Shown here in pieces: positions 59,238-64,000 of a stretch of 64,000 nucleotides of DNA (the first letter of the stretch is position 1; every line of letters begins with the position of its first letter). Location of the stretch: positions 35,641 through 99,640 of the IMG/VR virus record IMGVR_UViG_3300029915_001170; one strand, given 5' to 3'. Under the pieces are notes generated by a model. It saw nothing but the letters and a program-made list of their open reading frames with translations. It did not search any database and was not told the DNA's origin. This stretch comes from a virus. Taxonomy: Duplodnaviria; Caudoviricetes. The position numbers and the translations under genes are program-made.

Positions 59238-59759
59238 TTATTTTTCTACTTGCTCCGCCAAGTTTTCTAATTCTTGTGCAATTGTCTGTTCGATAAATTT
59301 ATTTAGAGTAATATCTTGTTCGTGAGCCATTAGCATAATTGTATGTAATGTTTCTTTATCGAATTCTAAAGGAATTTCAACTCTTTCATCATAAGAAGTA
59401 TGATTAACAATTGCCGTCAATTTGTCAAGAAAATCTGCGGTGGTTTCTAGTTCCGTAAAGTTTACGCCGTCGTATGCTTCATGACTATCGACGCCATACG
59501 CTTCATTTTCTTTTAAAAATTCGTCCAAATATTCAGGATTAGACAATCGGTACGCATGACCAGTTGAATAATCAAAAACCTCCGCGGAAAAAACAACCTG
59601 GGTTACATTATCAAAAATAATTGATGCCTGCACACCATCGACTTCACCGTCCCAGTAATCTAATAAATAAGCGTTCTCACCGTAACAGCTCCAACCGTAT
59701 TTTTCTCCGCTTGTAATCTGGTACTTAATTCCAACTAACCATTCACTTAGAGTAATCAT
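59238..59759 (-). CDS. phage protein with C-terminal RHH-like region
   Basis: 'LMAHEQDITLNKFIE'. Confidence 0.65.
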   Translation of the reverse strand: MITLSEWLVGIKYQITSGEKYGWSCYGENAYLLDYWDGEVDGVQASIIFDNVTQVVFSAEVFDYSTGHAYRLSNPEYLDEFLKENEAYGVDSHEAYDGVNFTELETTADFLDKLTAIVNHTSYDERVEIPLEFDKETLHTIMLMAHEQDITLNKFIEQTIAQELENLAEQVEK

Positions 59760-59865
59760 TATTTTTCCTTTTAATGTGGGTTATCCTACATATAATTCGG
59801 TAGTACCCTGTATTCCTAGATGCTTGTGATGCAAGGATTTCGAAAATGCCTTTCATCACTCTTTT

Positions 59866-59894
59866 ATTATAGCAACTATATTATTGCCTGTCAA
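59866..59894 (-). promoter_or_regulatory. consensus sigma70 promoter
   Basis: TTGACA-17-TATAAT. Confidence 0.8.
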
Positions 59895-60486
59895 GAGATA
59901 AGTTATTAACGATATCGGAAAATTCTTGGAAGGAGTAAACTCGAGTATACGGAACCTTAATCTTTTCATCGGCATCTTGATTCCATTCTCTATCGCGTAG
60001 AAATAAAACTGTATCCGTACTTTTTTCTGAAACCTCGATCAAATTTTCTGGCCTATCATCAATTATTGCATCCAATCGTAATGCTCTTGCAATTTCGCCT
60101 TTTTGTTTTTCAACCAATACCGTGGGATATTTGATTCCGCAACACGATAACCATTTTGCGGTCTGAATTTCTATTGGGTCTCCCTCGGTTATTACCCGTG
60201 TAGTAATGAAATATAATCGATATTTCTTTGAAAATGCAGTCATATCAAAATTTAAGATATCCGAAAACGGCATATTATGTAAATAAAAATTTTTGGTGTT
60301 TGAAATCACATCCCATGCCTGCTTATGAATTTCCGGAGTTAAATTCCAATTTGATTGAAACCAATCTTTAACTTCGGCGGGCAATACCTTTCCAGTTAAT
60401 TGTTCGCAAATCGTATGATAAGGTGTGGTGAAATCCGATAATACTCCATCAATATCAATGCCTAATCGTAATCTAGTATCTTTCAT
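59881..60486 (-). CDS. HAD 5'(3')-deoxyribonucleotidase-like
   Basis: 'IDIDGVL', 'ITTR', 'IDDRPEN', 'WNQ'. Confidence 0.85.
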   Translation of the reverse strand: MKDTRLRLGIDIDGVLSDFTTPYHTICEQLTGKVLPAEVKDWFQSNWNLTPEIHKQAWDVISNTKNFYLHNMPFSDILNFDMTAFSKKYRLYFITTRVITEGDPIEIQTAKWLSCCGIKYPTVLVEKQKGEIARALRLDAIIDDRPENLIEVSEKSTDTVLFLRDREWNQDADEKIKVPYTRVYSFQEFSDIVNNLSLDRQ

Positions 60487-60496
60487 CTAATCCTTT

Positions 60497-60573
60497 TGGT
60501 GTCGCCGATCTGATTTGAACAGATGGCATCTTCCATATGAGAGAAGCGTTCTACCGAGCTGAACTACGGCGAC
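60497..60573 (-). tRNA. tRNA-Met/Ile2(CAU)
   Basis: ctCATat loop, CCA. Confidence 0.85.
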
Positions 60574-60890
60574 ACATATAATTTGTGAAGTTTAATAAGA
60601 ACATCACCGTGACAGCGATGTCTAGGTCTGCAAAAGCATCCTAAAATATCAGAATCTTTTAAACATGGTATTAATTCGAGTATCTGTATTCTTCTGATTT
60701 GTTCAACATGTGACCATTTTGGATTCCCCAATAACCATTCTTCATAGGCATCGACAGATTCATCAATGGATCCTACTTGTACAGACGCCTTTGTATTTTT
60801 AATCGGAAGATGGGTGAATGGATTGCCGTAAATGCTACCACGCCCAATATAAATTGTGAATGGCTCGAATCTTTTATCTACAACTTGCAT
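60564..60890 (-). CDS. DUF4326-like protein
   Basis: 'YIGRGSIYGNPF', 'LGCFC.P..CHGDVL'. Confidence 0.8.
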   Translation of the reverse strand: MQVVDKRFEPFTIYIGRGSIYGNPFTHLPIKNTKASVQVGSIDESVDAYEEWLLGNPKWSHVEQIRRIQILELIPCLKDSDILGCFCRPRHRCHGDVLIKLHKLYVSP

Positions 60891-60908
60891 AACTATCCCT
60901 AGTTAATT

Positions 60909-60979
60909 TGGTTGCGGGGCTGGGAATTGAACCCAGAAGGCCGAGTTTATGAGGCTGGCCGGCAACCTCGCTCCCCGCA
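60909..60979 (-). tRNA. initiator-like tRNA(CAU) with reduced D arm
   Basis: TGCGGGG/CCCCGCA-ACCA acceptor, ctCATaa loop. Confidence 0.65.
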
Positions 60980-61502
60980 GTGGTATTTATAATTATCTGG
61001 AACGCTATAATAAACTCTAATCACGGTCCTTCGGCAATCAGTTAGCTAATGAACGACGCGTGCATATTGATAATTCTATGAGATCGATTAATCGCTATAA
61101 ACTAGGCAGCTTTAGGAAAATAATTAAACGTAAAACATGGGTAATAATCGTCATAATTATCGGTACCTAGTGTTAGCCAAACATGCCCATCCGAAACGTC
61201 AACTAAATTTTATCCAGAGAAATCGTAATTATCTTCGATTTTAACTCTAGCAAAAGGAATCGCATAAAAGATAAGGCCCACAGGATCTTCAACAATTGCG
61301 ACATCGTGCATCATACTACGATATCCATCTGATTCATCTTCAACAGCTTCGAACACCGTCCCGTTTAATTTAAATCTATTGCAGTCAACGCCATAAAAAT
61401 CTGCTTCTTGTCCAACTTCAAATTTCATAATTACTAGACCTCTTCAATGCGATCGTTTTAAAGTATGAGAGCATGACTACATTAGCCGTACTCTACGAAT
61501 TA

Positions 61503-61588
61503 TGGCGGATGGTTGAGAAATCGAATCCCCTTCCTTTCGGAAGCCTCCTGCTTTCAAAACAGGCTGAACACCTTGTTCGGAACCATCC
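61503..61588 (-). tRNA. tRNA-Ser(UGA)
   Basis: ttTGAaa loop, long V arm, G73. Confidence 0.9.
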
Positions 61589-61591
61589 TTC

Positions 61592-61679
61592 TGGCGGCTA
61601 GCAGACCACTCGAAGGCCAATCCTTGTGAGATCGCAGTGCTTTCCAAGCACGCTCGGAATCCTATCCAATTTACTAGCC
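61592..61679 (-). tRNA. tRNA-Ser(GGA)
   Basis: ttGGAaa loop, long V arm, G73. Confidence 0.85.
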
Positions 61680-61907
61680 CCTAGTTAAACCCACAGGTAA
61701 TCTAGGCAAAATTCAACAGCAAACTTATTTTTCAATCTTCATCAACTGATGCTTCTTTGTATCACAATCACCATTACGATGCATTTCTTCAAATTGTTTT
61801 CGATTCTTTGCCCACCATTGTTTCCAATCTGAAGTTCTTTTATTGTTGAGCAAGGGGAGTAGATGCTTACAATTATTGCACCAAAATTTCATATGACTCC
61901 TTAAAAT

Positions 61908-62003
61908 TTTGCGCTTATCCGGTGCGGACCCGGCTTCTCTCTTTTAACAATCACATGCATATGACCAACAAAGTGTCCTAAACCCGTTAGACGATCGCGC
62001 AAA
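61908..62003 (-). ncRNA. tRNA-like RNA with extended central arm
   Basis: D arm gtct..tagga, T-like ccgg-N7-ccgg, terminal stem tttgcgc/gcgcaaa. Confidence 0.5.
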
Positions 62004-62503
62004 TTTCATTAATTTTTCTTTCACATTGTATTAATAGCATTTATTAAAAATATTGCCGTTCCTATTTCGGGCGAAATTTTAATATCTGTTAAATCAATTG
62101 TTTTAACGACCTTATCACCGGTATCAAATTCTTTTGAAATAATAATACCAATAGCCTTATTATTTTTACGAATAATTTGCTCGATATTATATTTCATTAA
62201 TCTTTCTTTCGATCCTTAAACTGTTTAAAGCAATCTTCAAAATTCTTATCCGAAGAATATCCTATTCCAAATAATGTAATCGTAAACAGCGTCTTAGCAT
62301 GTTGATATAGCGCTGCCATTGGATCAATTTTTTTTGCCTTTTGCAATGCAACTTCAAATTTCATTCTACCCCTTATTAGTTCTTTCGATTTGTAAAAATA
62401 TATTTAATTGCATTAACCAACGTTTTGATTCCACCAATAAACCCTGGTTGCGGGGCTTCGATTGGGTTTTGCTCATTAATTGGATTCTGTTTTTGTGCCA
62501 TAT

Positions 62504-62716
62504 TTACTCCGTTAATCTAAAAATTAATTGCTCACCGGTCGTAAGTTCTCGAATAATTTCACTTTCAAGAATAATTTCAATATGCGTGGGTTGAATAACA
62601 TACGCCAGCCGGCCTACTCAAAGGCTGCGACCGGTAATTCTAGCGACGTGTGTCTGACCGCCGTCGCCAAACGAATATTCGACATAAGAACCAACTTCGT
62701 ATTTATAGATTCCCAT
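62504..62716 (-). pseudogene. 'ESEIIR' family gene with in-frame TGA at codon 33
   Basis: MGIYKYEVGSYVEY...SL*VGRLAY...ESEIIRELT. Confidence 0.7.
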
Positions 62717-62727
62717 TGAATCCTTTC

Positions 62728-62958
62728 TTATTCGGCTAACCTTAAAATTAGAGCTTCATCTTTTGTTAACTCACGAATAATTTCGTCTTCAAAAACATAA
62801 TCTCGATTAGACATGTGGTAACCAGGCAAGCTAGGCAAGCCTTCATTCCACACTTCAGAATATACAATTAACGATGTGCGTATCGAATTAACCGCGACGC
62901 CCAGTTCGTCGTTCATTTGGTATTCAACATATGCGCCAATTTCATATTTGTTTTTCAT
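62728..62958 (-). CDS. 'ESEIIR' family microprotein
   Basis: 'KYEIGAYVEY...EDEIIRELT'. Confidence 0.65.
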   Translation of the reverse strand: MKNKYEIGAYVEYQMNDELGVAVNSIRTSLIVYSEVWNEGLPSLPGYHMSNRDYVFEDEIIRELTKDEALILRLAE

Positions 62959-63179
62959 TCGGCTAGTCGATTAATTAAAACTTCAACCGGAGTTAACTCA
63001 CGAATTATTTCGCTTTCTAAAAGTATGTTTCCCATTTCGCTAGGCGTGATATAATATGCCGGCGACTCAGCCCAATCAGTGAGTCCCCAAATTGATACTA
63101 TCCGAGATGCCGGAGCATCGACATTTTTGTAATCGAATAAATATTCAATATATGCGCCGATTTCATATTTCCATTTCAT
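62955..63179 (-). CDS. 'ESEIIR' family microprotein
   Basis: 'KYEIGAYIEY...ESEIIRELT'. Confidence 0.65.
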   Translation of the reverse strand: MKWKYEIGAYIEYLFDYKNVDAPASRIVSIWGLTDWAESPAYYITPSEMGNILLESEIIRELTPVEVLINRLAE

Positions 63180-63203
63180 AGCGCCCCTTCGTTTGAAAAA
63201 AAA

Positions 63204-63280
63204 TGGTAGGCGAGGTCGGGTTCGAACCGACGACCTTTCGATTATAAATCGAAGGCTCTATCCAACTGAGCTACTCGCCT
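63204..63280 (-). tRNA. tRNA-Ile(UAU)
   Basis: ttcga-ttTATaa-tcgaa, A73, CCA. Confidence 0.9.
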
Positions 63281-63284
63281 ACAT

Positions 63285-63830
63285 TTAAATGATGGTGTGA
63301 TTTAATTTTTGATTAGGAATATGGTATTCACTCCTAAGAAGTCGTATAATACTTTCTGAATCATCGAATTTAATCCATTCACCATTTTCGATATTTACAT
63401 TAAATTTATTTAATAATGCATTTTCAACTTTTCGTCTATCTAAAACAAATTCATAATGCTTAACTTTATATTGTTTAAATGGATCGCAAGTTTGATATGC
63501 GAGAAGTCTCTTATTTAAATCCATCGTCATACCAATTTTTAAATGATCTGGCCATATTGGATTCCAAATTAAATAAACAATGCCTTCTTTACAAGTTTTA
63601 ACATCGCCACCGCGCGAAATTAACAGTTTTAAAAATTCTAGCCCTCCCATTTTTCTTGCATAATTTTTACTGAATTTATTATTATGCTTGGGCCGACAGT
63701 CTCCATAAATCTCGATATATGCCTGCATAATATTTTCATTAAGAGAAAATAAACCTTTTTCAGGAATAATACGGTTATTTATCATTATATCAAATGTTTG
63801 CTTAATTCTTGATAATTTATCTTGATTCAT
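63285..63830 (-). CDS. GIY-YIG superfamily (T5orf172/MUG113-like) nuclease
   Basis: 'GIVYLI', 'LKIGMT.DL.KRL..YQT', 'E..L', 'GEW'. Confidence 0.75.
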   Translation of the reverse strand: MNQDKLSRIKQTFDIMINNRIIPEKGLFSLNENIMQAYIEIYGDCRPKHNNKFSKNYARKMGGLEFLKLLISRGGDVKTCKEGIVYLIWNPIWPDHLKIGMTMDLNKRLLAYQTCDPFKQYKVKHYEFVLDRRKVENALLNKFNVNIENGEWIKFDDSESIIRLLRSEYHIPNQKLNHTII

Positions 63831-63857
63831 TTTCCTATTCTTTAATTATATAACTTT

Positions 63858-63994
63858 TGGTGGGTCCAGCGGGACTTGAACCCGCCACCAACCGGTTACC
63901 CGTGTCCATTCGGTAAACGCCCTCGCCAGATTCGAACTGGCATCATTCCTTTAAGGACCAAAGCCGGTTGCTCTACCAGATGAGCTATAGACCC
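63858..63994 (-). tRNA. tRNA-Lys(UUU) interrupted by 61-nt anticodon-loop insert
   Basis: removing 63899-63959 gives a 76-nt cloverleaf: GGGTC acceptor, accgg-ctTTTaa-ccggt, A73, CCA. Confidence 0.8.
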
Positions 63995-64000
63995 ATAAAA

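Noticed and set aside
62445-62457. 13-nt match to the 3' end of the initiator-like tRNA (att-like)
   Set aside because: Short, no integrase nearby, could be chance
62618-62620. In-frame TGA as evidence of stop-codon recoding
   Set aside because: Long genes are intact in code 11, all three stops end genes and no suppressor tRNA is seen; likely a nonsense mutation

Overview
The window looks like two different phage genomes joined near 34.5-38.5 kb. The left part (1-~34.5 kb, roughly balanced GC) is a compact tailed phage, probably podovirus-like. Its minus-strand virion module carries terminase subunits, portal, scaffold, major capsid and tail proteins. Its divergent plus-strand early/replication module carries J-domain, VWA, FtsK-like ATPase, Cas4-like nuclease, AAA ATPase, SSB-like protein, a split PolA, a DUF3987-like helicase and a GroES with an inserted DnaJ-type zinc finger. 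No integrase is visible. The junction holds a bidirectional terminator and a mosaic 1199-aa tailspike-like gene with an SGNH domain. The right part (~38.5-64 kb, AT-rich, almost all minus strand) is jumbo-phage-like. It has T4-type TAAATA late promoters, about 24 tRNA genes plus pseudo/chimeric tRNAs, several structured ncRNA candidates, guaC, amidoligase, HNH, ATP-grasp, minimal PolX and expanded paralog families. The most notable signals are: a tRNA-Lys with a 61-nt anticodon insert that itself looks like a circularly permuted tRNA elbow, next to a GIY-YIG nuclease; the GroES-zinc-finger fusion; tRNA-mediated duplication of putative head-packaged effectors; and His/Gly tRNAs with long variable arms. 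All calls come from reading motifs by eye; no searches were run.
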